From contig PMDX01000093.1 in the NCBI GenBank assembly GCA_003154635.1, positions 250 through 52,253 on the forward strand: a DNA stretch of 52,004 nt, read 5' to 3'. Shown here piece by piece: positions 7,421-16,559 of the stretch. The DNA comes from Actinomycetota bacterium (GTDB lineage: Bacteria > Actinomycetota > Geothermincolia > Fen-727 > Anoxymicrobiaceae). The position numbers and the translations under genes are program-made. Below the pieces are notes generated by a model. The model saw only the letters and a program-made list of their open reading frames with translations. It did no database searches and was not told the origin of the DNA. Numbering within the stretch: the first letter of the stretch is position 1; each line of letters begins with the position of its first letter.

Positions 7421-9103
7421 TTATCCGCCCATCATGGATTTCAGCTCGCGCTTGAGGATCTTGCCGACGCCGCTTGTCGGAAGCTCGTCCATGAACTCGA
7501 TTGTCTTGGGTACCTTGTAGGGCGCGACGTTTTCGCGCATGAACGAGAGGATCTTCTCCTTCTCCGCGTCGTCGGGTTTAATGCCGTTCTTGAGGACGAT
7601 CGCCGCTACGACGCGCTCGGAGCCGGGCCGGTCCGGGTCGGGTATTCCGAGGGTCGCGGCCAGGTCGATGTCGGGGTGCTTGGCGAGCACGTCGTCGAGC
7701 TCGCGCGTGAAGACCTTGAACCCGGAGATGTTGACCATGTCTTTAACGCGGTCGACGATGTAGAAGTAGCCGTCCTCATCCATCCTGGCGACGTCCCCGG
7801 TGAACATCCAGCCGTCTCGGACGGCGTTGTCGGTCTCCTCAGGCTGACCGAAGTAAGCTCTCATGAGCTGTGGTCCCCTTATCGCCATCTCGCCGGGCTC
7901 TCCCAACAGGGCGAGTTCCCCAGTCGCCGGGTCGACAAGCTTCAACTCTGTATTGGGAATCGGCATCCCTATGGACGACGGCTTCTTTTTGCCGTAACGC
8001 GGGTTACAGCACGTGACAGGGGATGTCTCGGTCATGCCGTACAGCTCGATGAAGTTGGGGCCGATAATGCTCTCTAGCTCGGCAATATTTTCCGCCGGGA
8101 ACGGTGCCGCCGCGCTGAGACAGAAGTCGAGGTTGCTCAGGTCGAGTGCCTTGAACTCGGGTTGCTTCATCAACTCGAAGAAGACCGTCGGAACGTTTAT
8201 CACGGTATTAGGCTTGTACTTCTTCAGTTGCTCGATGAGAAAGTGGGAATCCCTCGGGTCCGGAACGCATATCTGCGTCGCCCCGTTCGTGATCGAGAAG
8301 CCCCCCATAGCCAACCCGGCGATGTGGAAGAGTGGGAACGCGGACAGCGTCACGATGCCGGGCTGAAGGTCGAGGTATGTGAGCGTCTGGAGCCTGTCCG
8401 ACATGTAGCTCCGCTGCGTGAGCATCGCTCCCTTGGCGGGCCCCGTGGTGCCGCCCGTGTACATGAGGAAGATGAGGTCGTCCATGGTCCGCTTTACCTC
8501 GACGCGGTCGGGCGGCATGCCATTTAGCGCGTCCATGAAGCTGACGACCTTCTTGCCTGGCAGCGGTGTCACCTCGGCGGTCGGTATCTTCTTGAGGAGC
8601 TTCCCGAGAACCCGCTTGAAACCGGGGAGGAAATCGGCGATCCCCGTGACTATTACCGTGGAGAAATTCGTCTTGTCGGCCACCTCGACTATCTTCTCGA
8701 ACATGAGATCGATCGAGATGATCGCCTTGGCTCCGGAGTCGTTGATCTGGTGAACCATCTCGGGAGGCGTGAGCAACGGGCTGAGCCCCGTCGAGACGCA
8801 CCCGGCTTTCTGGACGGCGATGAACCCGATGTAATGCGCCGGCACGTTGGGCATGTGGAGGCCGACTACATCGTCCGGCTTGAGTCCACTCTTGATCAGG
8901 TATGCGGCCAACTGGTTGGACAGCGTGTCAATCTCGCGGAAGCTGATCTTCTTGTCCATGTAGATTATCGCGGGTCTGTCCGGGTACTTCCCGGCGATCT
9001 CGCGGAATTTCTCTGCGAAAGTCTTTTCCTCGAACTCAAGTTCGGCGGGGACATTCTTGTCGTAGTTCTTCAGCCAGGGCTTCTCTGAATAGATGTCGCT
9101 CAT
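7421..9103 (-). CDS. AMP-forming acyl-CoA ligase (long/medium-chain fatty acid--CoA ligase family)
   Basis: 560 aa with the YTGGTTGPAKGAMLT P-loop-like motif, GEPGEMAIRGPQLMRAY, FTGDVARMDEDGYFYIVDRVKD and C-terminal LPTSGVGKILKRELK. RBS AAAGGAG. Confidence 0.9.
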   Translation of the reverse strand: MSDIYSEKPWLKNYDKNVPAELEFEEKTFAEKFREIAGKYPDRPAIIYMDKKISFREIDTLSNQLAAYLIKSGLKPDDVVGLHMPNVPAHYIGFIAVQKAGCVSTGLSPLLTPPEMVHQINDSGAKAIISIDLMFEKIVEVADKTNFSTVIVTGIADFLPGFKRVLGKLLKKIPTAEVTPLPGKKVVSFMDALNGMPPDRVEVKRTMDDLIFLMYTGGTTGPAKGAMLTQRSYMSDRLQTLTYLDLQPGIVTLSAFPLFHIAGLAMGGFSITNGATQICVPDPRDSHFLIEQLKKYKPNTVINVPTVFFELMKQPEFKALDLSNLDFCLSAAAPFPAENIAELESIIGPNFIELYGMTETSPVTCCNPRYGKKKPSSIGMPIPNTELKLVDPATGELALLGEPGEMAIRGPQLMRAYFGQPEETDNAVRDGWMFTGDVARMDEDGYFYIVDRVKDMVNISGFKVFTRELDDVLAKHPDIDLAATLGIPDPDRPGSERVVAAIVLKNGIKPDDAEKEKILSFMRENVAPYKVPKTIEFMDELPTSGVGKILKRELKSMMGG

Positions 9104-9422
9104 GCGGCTCTCCTTTCACGGTTACACGTCATGCGGACATAATGAAACATCGAGGGGCTGCTTTCGGACAATGAACCTGCCGGGTGCGCGGAGACATATT
9201 ACGCGATCTCCTTCAGCCGGTAATTCCGGGTGTTCCTGACTTATCGTTAGCGCCGGAATCTCATCCCGCCTCCAGCGCGTTGTACCGCCTGGCTCTTGGA
9301 AAGCCGAGAGAATAATATCTCAAATCGCTTGTCCTGTCATCATTGAAGCGAGGCACATTTGACAGCGGCGTCCGGTTGTATCATCAATGGACCCACATGC
9401 GGAAACCAATGGGAGGACAGCC

Positions 9423-10229
9423 GTGATCGAGATAAGCGAGTTCGAAGAAGTCACCTGCATAAAGATGAGTATCGAGGCTGAAGGCAGGCCGGTATACTGG
9501 GTGGCCGCATACCTCGTCGACGGCCTGCTCATCGACACAGGAGGCGCACGCACCGCCCCCGAGCTCGTCGGGTTTCTCGAGAACCGGCGGCTCGACCTGG
9601 TGGTCAACACCCATTATCACGAAGACCACATCGGAGCGAACAAACTGATAACCGAGCGATATGGAGTGCAGATCTTCGCGCATCCGGACTCGGTGCCCCT
9701 GATAAACAGGGTCCCGGAACTGCGCCCGTACCAGGAGTATGTCTGGGGGTATCCCGAGCCGTCGAAGGTCCTGCCGCTGGGCGATATGATAAAAACTGAA
9801 AGCTTCAGGTTCGAGGTCGTCGAGGTCGGCGGCCACAGCGAGGGTCACGTGGCACTCTTCGAGCGCGACAAGGGGTGGTGTTTCTCCGGTGACATCTTCA
9901 TTACCGAGAAGCCCAAGGTCATAAGGGCCGACGAGGACGCCCGAGGCTTGATCGCGTCAATGCTCATGCTGGCCGCGCTTCCCTCGGAACGGCTCGTGCT
10001 TTTGACGTCGATGGGCAGGGTTATCCCCGAGGGCCGTGAGGCTCTACTGTCCTGCGCCGGTTATTTCGAGGAACTCGGCGAGCGGGCGAAATCGCTTGCC
10101 GCGGAAGGGATCTCTCAGGCTGAGATACGCGAGAGCATCTTCGGGGAGGGGAGCTCCCTCGCCGCGCTGACGGGCGGGCATTTCAGCTCGGACAACCTCA
10201 TAGCCTCGCTGCTCGCGCCGGACCGGTAA
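9423..10229 (+). CDS. MBL-fold metallo-hydrolase
   Basis: HYHEDH (HxHxDH) motif. I prefer the GTG at 9423 (GGGAGGA 5 nt upstream) over the track start at 9387, which lacks an RBS. Confidence 0.8.
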   Translation: MIEISEFEEVTCIKMSIEAEGRPVYWVAAYLVDGLLIDTGGARTAPELVGFLENRRLDLVVNTHYHEDHIGANKLITERYGVQIFAHPDSVPLINRVPELRPYQEYVWGYPEPSKVLPLGDMIKTESFRFEVVEVGGHSEGHVALFERDKGWCFSGDIFITEKPKVIRADEDARGLIASMLMLAALPSERLVLLTSMGRVIPEGREALLSCAGYFEELGERAKSLAAEGISQAEIRESIFGEGSSLAALTGGHFSSDNLIASLLAPDR

Positions 10230-10317
10230 GCAAACACTGTCCCTCCGGATACCTGATAATGACTCTGGCATGCATCGACCGGATAAGCACTATCCGACCG
10301 GGAGGAGGGAGGTTGCG

Positions 10318-11250
10318 ATGAGCGCGAAAATCGAAACGGTGGCAATAATCGGTGCGGGCATCATGGGCGCCGGGCTCGCGCAGTTGTTTGCCCAGAACGG
10401 TTACGCGGTGAAGCTTCATGACGTCAGCATTGATGCGCTCGACCGCGCGGTGACGAGAGCCGGAAACAACATGGCGATGCAGTCGGATTTCGGCTGGATA
10501 CCTGCGGAGGATATCGTGCCCGCGCTTGAGATGATGCAGTGCACGACCGACCTCGGGGAAGCTGTGAGCAAAGCGGACTTCATCATCGAGGCAGTGCCTG
10601 AGGTGCTCGAGCTCAAGAAAAACGTCTTTGCCCGGCTCGGTGGGCTGGCGCCGGAGCATACCGTGCTCGCCAGCAATACTTCCACGTTCGACGTCATGGC
10701 CGAGATGCCGGATGCGATAGCAGGCCGAGTCCTGATAACCCATTTCTTCAACCCGCCGCAGCTCGTGCCGCTCGTCGAGGTCGTGAGGGGCGAGAGGACC
10801 GCGGATGAGGTCATCGAGACGGCGATGGAGCTGATGCGCGCGGTGGGCAAGTATCCGCTAATGCTGAATCGCTACCTGCCTGGTTTTGTCGTGAACCGTA
10901 TACAGCTCGCGATCAACGGCATGGCGTACATGATCCTCAATGAGGGAATCCTCGAGCCGGAGGATATCGACAAAGCGATCGAAAACTCCATCAGCCTGCG
11001 CCTGGCCGTGGGAGGCCCGTTCGCTACGATGGACCTGGGCGGCCTCGATGTCATGGCCGCGTCCGCGCGCGCGATGGGGGTGGAGCCGCCGCCCGCGCTC
11101 GCCGAACGAGTCGAACGTGGAGACCTCGGGGTCAAGACCGGCCGCGGGTTCTATGACTATGCCGGCATTGATGAAGAAGAGATACTTGCCCGTCGCGACC
11201 GCCGTCTCATGCTCCTACTTGACGCCTACATGCGCGGCCTCAAGGACTGA
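10318..11250 (+). CDS. 3-hydroxyacyl-CoA dehydrogenase (NAD-binding)
   Basis: The ATG at 10318 follows GGAGGAGGGAGG. Rossmann motif VAIIGAGIMGAGLAQ, plus the PE...LK and FFNPP motifs of the HAD family. Confidence 0.85.
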   Translation: MSAKIETVAIIGAGIMGAGLAQLFAQNGYAVKLHDVSIDALDRAVTRAGNNMAMQSDFGWIPAEDIVPALEMMQCTTDLGEAVSKADFIIEAVPEVLELKKNVFARLGGLAPEHTVLASNTSTFDVMAEMPDAIAGRVLITHFFNPPQLVPLVEVVRGERTADEVIETAMELMRAVGKYPLMLNRYLPGFVVNRIQLAINGMAYMILNEGILEPEDIDKAIENSISLRLAVGGPFATMDLGGLDVMAASARAMGVEPPPALAERVERGDLGVKTGRGFYDYAGIDEEEILARRDRRLMLLLDAYMRGLKD

Positions 11251-11259
11251 GGAGGCAGG

Positions 11260-11649
11260 TTACTCGCCACCCCAGAGTTTTCCGCGGCCCGAAATTGAGA
11301 TGAGAACCAGGCCGAGCGCGCAGAGAAGACCAACCGCTTCGATGGGCTCGATCCACTTCGGGGTCGTGCCGGATATTACGATGTTGCAGATAAGCGCGAT
11401 AAGTAAGAGAACGATGGAGACGATTCCAAGTCCCCATGCAAGCATCTGAAGCGTGGTGAAGCCGCCTTCGACCTCGGAGTGCGGTGCTACGAGGTACTGG
11501 ATGATAACGACGGACACGAACATTATCCAACCCAACTCCTCAGCAGGTCTGACCCAGCGGTGCGAACCGCTTGTGGCTAACCCTATGATCGCAACTATGA
11601 AGCATGCGATCGCTACCGCGCCAAGGCTCCAGACCAGCTTCCTGTACAT
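11260..11649 (-). CDS. small integral membrane protein (about 4 TM), unknown function
   Basis: The start MYRKLVW at 11649 follows GGGGAGGTG. Hydrophobic helices run throughout. The longer track ORF (to 11835) lacks an RBS. Confidence 0.55.
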   Translation of the reverse strand: MYRKLVWSLGAVAIACFIVAIIGLATSGSHRWVRPAEELGWIMFVSVVIIQYLVAPHSEVEGGFTTLQMLAWGLGIVSIVLLLIALICNIVISGTTPKWIEPIEAVGLLCALGLVLISISGRGKLWGGE

Positions 11650-11740
11650 GAGCACCTCCCCGAGCTCGAACGCGGTCGATAATGCAATCGTACACCTCCA
11701 AATATAATCATTGAAGCGGATCCCGCGAAAGGGAATGACA

Positions 11741-12352
11741 ATGGTAGACATCGTATCGAGGACGCTTGAGGAGTGGACGGCGGGGCTCGACGACCGCGCG
11801 GCGAGGATTGCGGTCTTCGAACACATCCGGGACATCGAGTATGCGCTGGTGCCCGACCTCGTCGACTCGCGCCTCGGCCCGCGGGGAATTCTCGAACTGG
11901 GAAAGGGCTCCTGCTCGCCGAGACACTTCCTCCTTGGAAGGATGTTCGAGACGATGGACGTTCGAGTGCGCTACGTCACGTACACGCTCGATTGGAGCGA
12001 TCAGGGTATCGCGATGCCTGCTCGCCTGGCCGATCTCGCGGCCTCCCTGCCGCTGGAATGTCACCTCAACTGCGATGTCCTGATCGACGGCAGGTGGGTG
12101 ATGGTCGACGCCACCTGGGATCCTCCGCTCGAGCGCGCGGGATTTCCGGTCAATTTGAAATGGGATGGCTGCGGCGATACCCTCAATGCCGTGAAGCCTA
12201 TCGAAAAGATAGTGCACGATAGCGCGGGCGAGCGCGACGAGTACGCCAGAGAGATGGAGGCCGGCTACAGCGTGGCAGGGTCCGAGGCTTACACACGGTT
12301 CGTGAAAGAGTTCAACGCGTGGCTCGCCCGGGTGCGCGCCGGGGGAGCCTGA
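11741..12352 (+). CDS. transglutaminase-like cysteine peptidase superfamily protein
   Basis: GKGSCSPRHFLLGRMF (Cys nucleophile context), NCDVLIDGRWVMVDATWD (His/Asp region). ATG at 11741 after GAAAGGGAA; the ATG at 11735 is also possible. Confidence 0.7.
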   Translation: MVDIVSRTLEEWTAGLDDRAARIAVFEHIRDIEYALVPDLVDSRLGPRGILELGKGSCSPRHFLLGRMFETMDVRVRYVTYTLDWSDQGIAMPARLADLAASLPLECHLNCDVLIDGRWVMVDATWDPPLERAGFPVNLKWDGCGDTLNAVKPIEKIVHDSAGERDEYAREMEAGYSVAGSEAYTRFVKEFNAWLARVRAGGA

Positions 12353-12451
12353 CGGACACTCACGGACGCCCGTCCGCCCCCACGGGTTTTGCCGTACAGA
12401 AGGGATTATAATCTCACGTGCGTAGCGTTGCGAACGGGGATGGAGGTCGAC

Positions 12452-12955
12452 ATGTTATCCGTTGAAGGCGACGAGCTCAGAGAGTTGCTGGTGAAGTGCT
12501 GGATGACCCACGACGGCATGTGGTTCTACAACAGTTACCTCGAATACGGCATACGCGCCGCGAACAAGCTCAACAAGGCGGCGATCAAATCGCTTGCGCC
12601 CATAGAGCTTCACAGGGTGACCAGGGCGCTCGGGATCAAGCTAGAAGGAATCTCTTCGTTCGACGAGGTCCGTGCCGTCATCGACGGCGCGTTCTCGATA
12701 ATTGGAGGCGACTTCATGGGTTTCGATTATGACTTCCCCGAGGAGAACATCCTTCACTGGGTCATGCACAGGTGCTTTGCGCTCGAGGGCATGAAGATGA
12801 TAGGCGCTTACGACGATTACGAGTGCGGCGTGTTGTACCGAGTCCTGTGCTGGCTCGACTGCATCGGGATCGGCTACGAGGTCGAACCTCGTGTGGAGGG
12901 CTGCCTGATGAGGGAGTCCGGCGTATGCGAGGGGGTCGTCCGGTTCGCCATCTAG
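12452..12955 (+). CDS. uncharacterised Cys-motif protein (paralog of 3345..3905)
   Basis: The ATG at 12452 lies 5 nt after GGAGG. Sequence: MLSVEGDELRELLVKCWMTHDGMWFYNS...DYECGVLYRVLCWLDCIGIG...EGCLMRESGVCEGVVRF. Confidence 0.7.
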   Translation: MLSVEGDELRELLVKCWMTHDGMWFYNSYLEYGIRAANKLNKAAIKSLAPIELHRVTRALGIKLEGISSFDEVRAVIDGAFSIIGGDFMGFDYDFPEENILHWVMHRCFALEGMKMIGAYDDYECGVLYRVLCWLDCIGIGYEVEPRVEGCLMRESGVCEGVVRFAI

Positions 12956-12957
12956 TG

Positions 12958-14370
12958 CTAATCACTTGTCGCTTTGCTTTGAAGTGAGTGCAACCTCGTC
13001 AGCGCGATGATGGCGCTAGCGGTCTTTTCCGCCCTGTTGTAAGTCGGCACGCCCTCCGCCTGTATTCCGGCCATCTCCTGCGCGAACATCGCCGGCGCCG
13101 TCAGGCAGAGGAAAACGGGTTTCCCGTATTTGCGCCCGATCGAGGCGTATTCACGCGCCGGGAAAGTGATGCCGGAACCCATCCCGGACTGGAACACCGC
13201 AATCGCGCAATGAATGTCGTCCTGGCTCAGTGCAAGCTCGGTGGCCTTCAGATAGAGACGGGCGTCCGTCCAGGCGAAAGCGAACATGTCCAGCGGGTTC
13301 GCGGGCACGGCGTGCGGCGGCAGGAACTCGAGCATGGCATCGGCGACCTCGGGGTTCAGGTCGGGGAAGCGCACCCCGTTCTTCTCACACCGGTCGGTAA
13401 TTACTATCGCGGGGCCTGCCGTGTGTGTTGAGAGGAAGACGCCGTTGCCACCGAGGACGGCCCCCATCGAAAGCGCTTTTGCCGCGAGCACCATCTGTTC
13501 CACGCTGTCCGCCTGCAGTATTCCCGCCTGGGCGAATGCACCCCTGTAGACGACCTCGGAACTCGCTACGGAGCCCGTGTGGGACAGGGCCGTGCGGGTT
13601 GAGTGCTCGGTATGTCCGAGGTTACACGCGAGCAACGGCTTGAGCCCGGAAACGTCGGATGCTCGTTCGAAGAAATCGCGCCCGTCGTCCAGGCCTTCTA
13701 CGAACAGGCACGTGACTGACGTGTCTTCGTCCGCCGCGAGGTACTCGACCATGTCGGAGAATTCGATGTTGGCGCGGTCTCCGATGCTGATGAACTTTCC
13801 TATGCTGGCGAGCTCATCGGTAAGCTGCGAGATGATGCAAGTGCCCACGCCTCCGCTCTGGCTTACGACGGAAACGTTCCCGGCGGGGAGCATCCCAAGC
13901 GGAGCGGCAAAAGTCGCGTTGAGATGTGCGTGGGTGTTCAGGACGCCGATGCAGTTCGGCCCGATAAGCTTCATCCCCGCGGTAGCCGCGGCGTCCACCA
14001 GTTCTCGCTGCCTCAACCGGCCGCTCTCACCGGTCTCCCGAAAACCGCCCGCGAATATGACCCCGGCCTTCCCGCCTCTGCCGGCGGCCTGGCGGACCGC
14101 GTCTATGACCTTGTCGTCTGGTATTGCATAGACGTAGAGGTCGACCCCGTCCGGCAGTTCCGCCACGGACTTGTACGATCGGATGCCCTGTACCACTGAA
14201 TCCGCCCCGGGGTTGACCGGATAGACTTCACCTTTGAAGCCCGCCGACATAACGGCCTTCAGGGCCTGGAAGCCGAGCTTGAAAGGGTTGTCACTCGCCC
14301 CGACCACTGCAATGGACCGTGGGTAGAAGAGCGGCCTGTACGAATCGACCAGGCCTCGCTCGTCTTTCAA
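12958..14370 (-). CDS. ADP-forming acyl-CoA synthetase, alpha module only (CoA-binding + CoA-ligase domains; no ATP-grasp)
   Basis: PRSIAVVGASDNPFKLGF..., LIGPNCIGVLN, and the phosphohistidine-type motif ALSHTGSVAS. I prefer the TTG at 14370, which overlaps the upstream stop (TTGA). The track start GTG at 14421 is the alternative. Confidence 0.8.
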   Translation of the reverse strand: MKDERGLVDSYRPLFYPRSIAVVGASDNPFKLGFQALKAVMSAGFKGEVYPVNPGADSVVQGIRSYKSVAELPDGVDLYVYAIPDDKVIDAVRQAAGRGGKAGVIFAGGFRETGESGRLRQRELVDAAATAGMKLIGPNCIGVLNTHAHLNATFAAPLGMLPAGNVSVVSQSGGVGTCIISQLTDELASIGKFISIGDRANIEFSDMVEYLAADEDTSVTCLFVEGLDDGRDFFERASDVSGLKPLLACNLGHTEHSTRTALSHTGSVASSEVVYRGAFAQAGILQADSVEQMVLAAKALSMGAVLGGNGVFLSTHTAGPAIVITDRCEKNGVRFPDLNPEVADAMLEFLPPHAVPANPLDMFAFAWTDARLYLKATELALSQDDIHCAIAVFQSGMGSGITFPAREYASIGRKYGKPVFLCLTAPAMFAQEMAGIQAEGVPTYNRAEKTASAIIALTRLHSLQSKATSD

Positions 14371-15443
14371 TCCCAATTCGTCACCTCGATGTCGAGGGTA
14401 TCGTCGGGGGACATCTCCCACTCGACTTTGCTCTCCTTACCGTACGCCAGCTCGTAGAGGCCCTGGGTTATTCCCACGATCATGAGGTGGAGAGTGGCGT
14501 GGTGGACGCGCATCCGCACGCCCTGCCGCCCCATCGTCAGCTCGACGATGTTGCCCAGGCCCCTGAGCGCGAACAGGTTTCGCATGTGCGATTCGCTCCG
14601 TACCTCGCTCGACGAGTAGAATCCGCCGCGCACGAACCGCCGCTCGGCTTCCACCACCAGCTCGGGGATGATCTCTCCCTCCTTCTGCTCGAGATATTCA
14701 AAGAGTGGAGCTATCATCGCCGGCCCGAGCACGGCCATCCTCCTGCCATTGTGCTTTCCGGTTATTACCCCCCTGTGAAGGTCCCAACCGTACCTTGTGA
14801 GCATGGCCGGACCTCCGCATGACATGCATCTTCGAAGCTCGATATCACCCTCGCGCGGTATTTCTGGGGGCTCCCATCTCTGCGCCTTGTGTTTGATGGG
14901 GTCCGACAAAGTGTATGTCAGGAGGTGTGTCCCATCGGGAAGATCTTCGTGAACGATCTCTCCGTCCCGTTGTGTCAGCGTTCTGGTTGTCCCGGCGATG
15001 TTCCCGTCCATGAGGGGCACCGAGTATGGCTCGGAATAGTGGACTTTGACGAAATCGCCCTCGTCGAGCTTGAAACGCAGGTTGAATTCCGCGATTTGGC
15101 CGTACCCCATCACTCGCGCAAGTTGGACCACGACGCCGGCCGCCTGGTTCAGGTAGTCGGCCGCGCCGGGACCCGCGACGAGCTCCTTCAGCTCGCCGGG
15201 GACGAGCTCGTCCATGTAGTTGAACGTCTCGCGACACGCGGCCTCCGTTACCATCTGTTGAACGGGTTCGCCGCAAAGGTTTCCGATGCCGGCGAACAAC
15301 GGATCCAGGCTCTCGCACTCAAAGAACGAAACCCGGAAACGCCTCTGCCGTGTCTGGACGACAGCTCCGCTCGGCAACCAGGTATGTTCGGTCGTTATGT
15401 GCAGCGGTACTCCGCATTCCGGACAGAACGGTATCTCAACCAT
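14367..15443 (-). CDS. uncharacterised protein, internal duplication of a CxxC + V4R-like module (paralog A)
   Basis: 358 aa. The N-half starts FCPECGVP...W...G.VV; the C-half starts LRRCMSCGGP...W...GVI...GRRMAVLG...F..LE...GE.IPELVVEAERRF. The ATG directly abuts the upstream TAG, and GGAGGG lies inside the upstream gene's end. Confidence 0.8.
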   Translation of the reverse strand: MVEIPFCPECGVPLHITTEHTWLPSGAVVQTRQRRFRVSFFECESLDPLFAGIGNLCGEPVQQMVTEAACRETFNYMDELVPGELKELVAGPGAADYLNQAAGVVVQLARVMGYGQIAEFNLRFKLDEGDFVKVHYSEPYSVPLMDGNIAGTTRTLTQRDGEIVHEDLPDGTHLLTYTLSDPIKHKAQRWEPPEIPREGDIELRRCMSCGGPAMLTRYGWDLHRGVITGKHNGRRMAVLGPAMIAPLFEYLEQKEGEIIPELVVEAERRFVRGGFYSSSEVRSESHMRNLFALRGLGNIVELTMGRQGVRMRVHHATLHLMIVGITQGLYELAYGKESKVEWEMSPDDTLDIEVTNWD

Positions 15444-16559
15444 CTAGGCGCCCTCCCGGATCGCGGTCCTGCCATGCCCTCGGGACTCATCCCACGGGAC
15501 TACGGATACCTCCAGGACACCGTCTTCCGAGAGCTCCCATTCGACCTTGCTCTCGATACCGGAGTACAGTTCGTACATACCCTGGGCCATGCCTGTCGAC
15601 AGCAGCGGCGTGCTCGACCTCTCAAGTATCATGTGTACGCCCTTCCTGCCCATCGTTAGTTCTTTGATGCATCCTATGCCCCTGAGAGCCAGCTGGTCGC
15701 GCATGTCGGCGACGCTTCGCACCTCGGATACGGAGTAGCTGCCGCTCCGCACGAACCTGCGCTGCGCTTCGACGACTACTTCTGGAATCGATTCTCCGAG
15801 CTCCTTCTCGAGCTCCCTGAAGACAGGTTCGATTATGGGGGAACCAACCAGCGCCATGCGCCTGCCGGACGTCTTGCTGGTGATGACGCCTGTATCGGTG
15901 TCCCACTCGAACTCGGAGAGCTTCGCCGGACCTCCGCACAGCGTACACCTTCTTAGCTCGATTTCGTCGGGACCCGCCTTGTAAGGCATGATGCGCACCC
16001 GTTCCCTGGTTTCGGCTTGCCGCCGTGATGGGAAGACGTTGATGTCGATCGTATCCTTGTCTACTTCATCGTAGGTCACACATGCCTGCCGGCCCACGTA
16101 CGACTCGACGGTGCCCGCCACCGTGCCGGCGATGAGTGGCACGGAGCACGGGTTGCGATACCTCAGGGTTACAAGGTCGTCATCTCTCTGCTCGAACCTT
16201 ACGTCAAGCAACTCCGGCGATCCGTATCCCACGATACGGGCGAGACGGAACATCGTCTCGAGAACAAGATGGATGTCGATGCGGCCGTTCGCCAGTTGAT
16301 CCCTGACTTCATCGGACATGAGCTTGTTCATATAGGCCCGGGTCGACCTTCGGGCTGTGTTTACGACAAATGGTTCGACCGGTTCGCCGACTAGTTCGCT
16401 TATGCCGCAATAAAGGGGGTCGAAGCTTTCGGTCTCGATAAACACGAGCCGGTAGTAAGGGTAAGCGGTCTGAACGATCGACCCATCGTCAAGCCATGAA
16501 TGCTTGGAAGTGATGTCCGAAGGAACCCCGCATTGCTTGCAACGAGGTGTCTCAGGCAT
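15444..16559 (-). CDS. uncharacterised protein, internal duplication of a CxxC + V4R-like module (paralog B)
   Basis: It aligns along its full length with paralog A (RCKQCGVP..., LRRCTLCGGP..., GRRMALVG..., VVEAQRRFVRSG..., KVEWELSEDG). ATG at 16559 (MPETPRC); the GTG at 16571 is also possible. Confidence 0.8.
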   Translation of the reverse strand: MPETPRCKQCGVPSDITSKHSWLDDGSIVQTAYPYYRLVFIETESFDPLYCGISELVGEPVEPFVVNTARRSTRAYMNKLMSDEVRDQLANGRIDIHLVLETMFRLARIVGYGSPELLDVRFEQRDDDLVTLRYRNPCSVPLIAGTVAGTVESYVGRQACVTYDEVDKDTIDINVFPSRRQAETRERVRIMPYKAGPDEIELRRCTLCGGPAKLSEFEWDTDTGVITSKTSGRRMALVGSPIIEPVFRELEKELGESIPEVVVEAQRRFVRSGSYSVSEVRSVADMRDQLALRGIGCIKELTMGRKGVHMILERSSTPLLSTGMAQGMYELYSGIESKVEWELSEDGVLEVSVVPWDESRGHGRTAIREGA

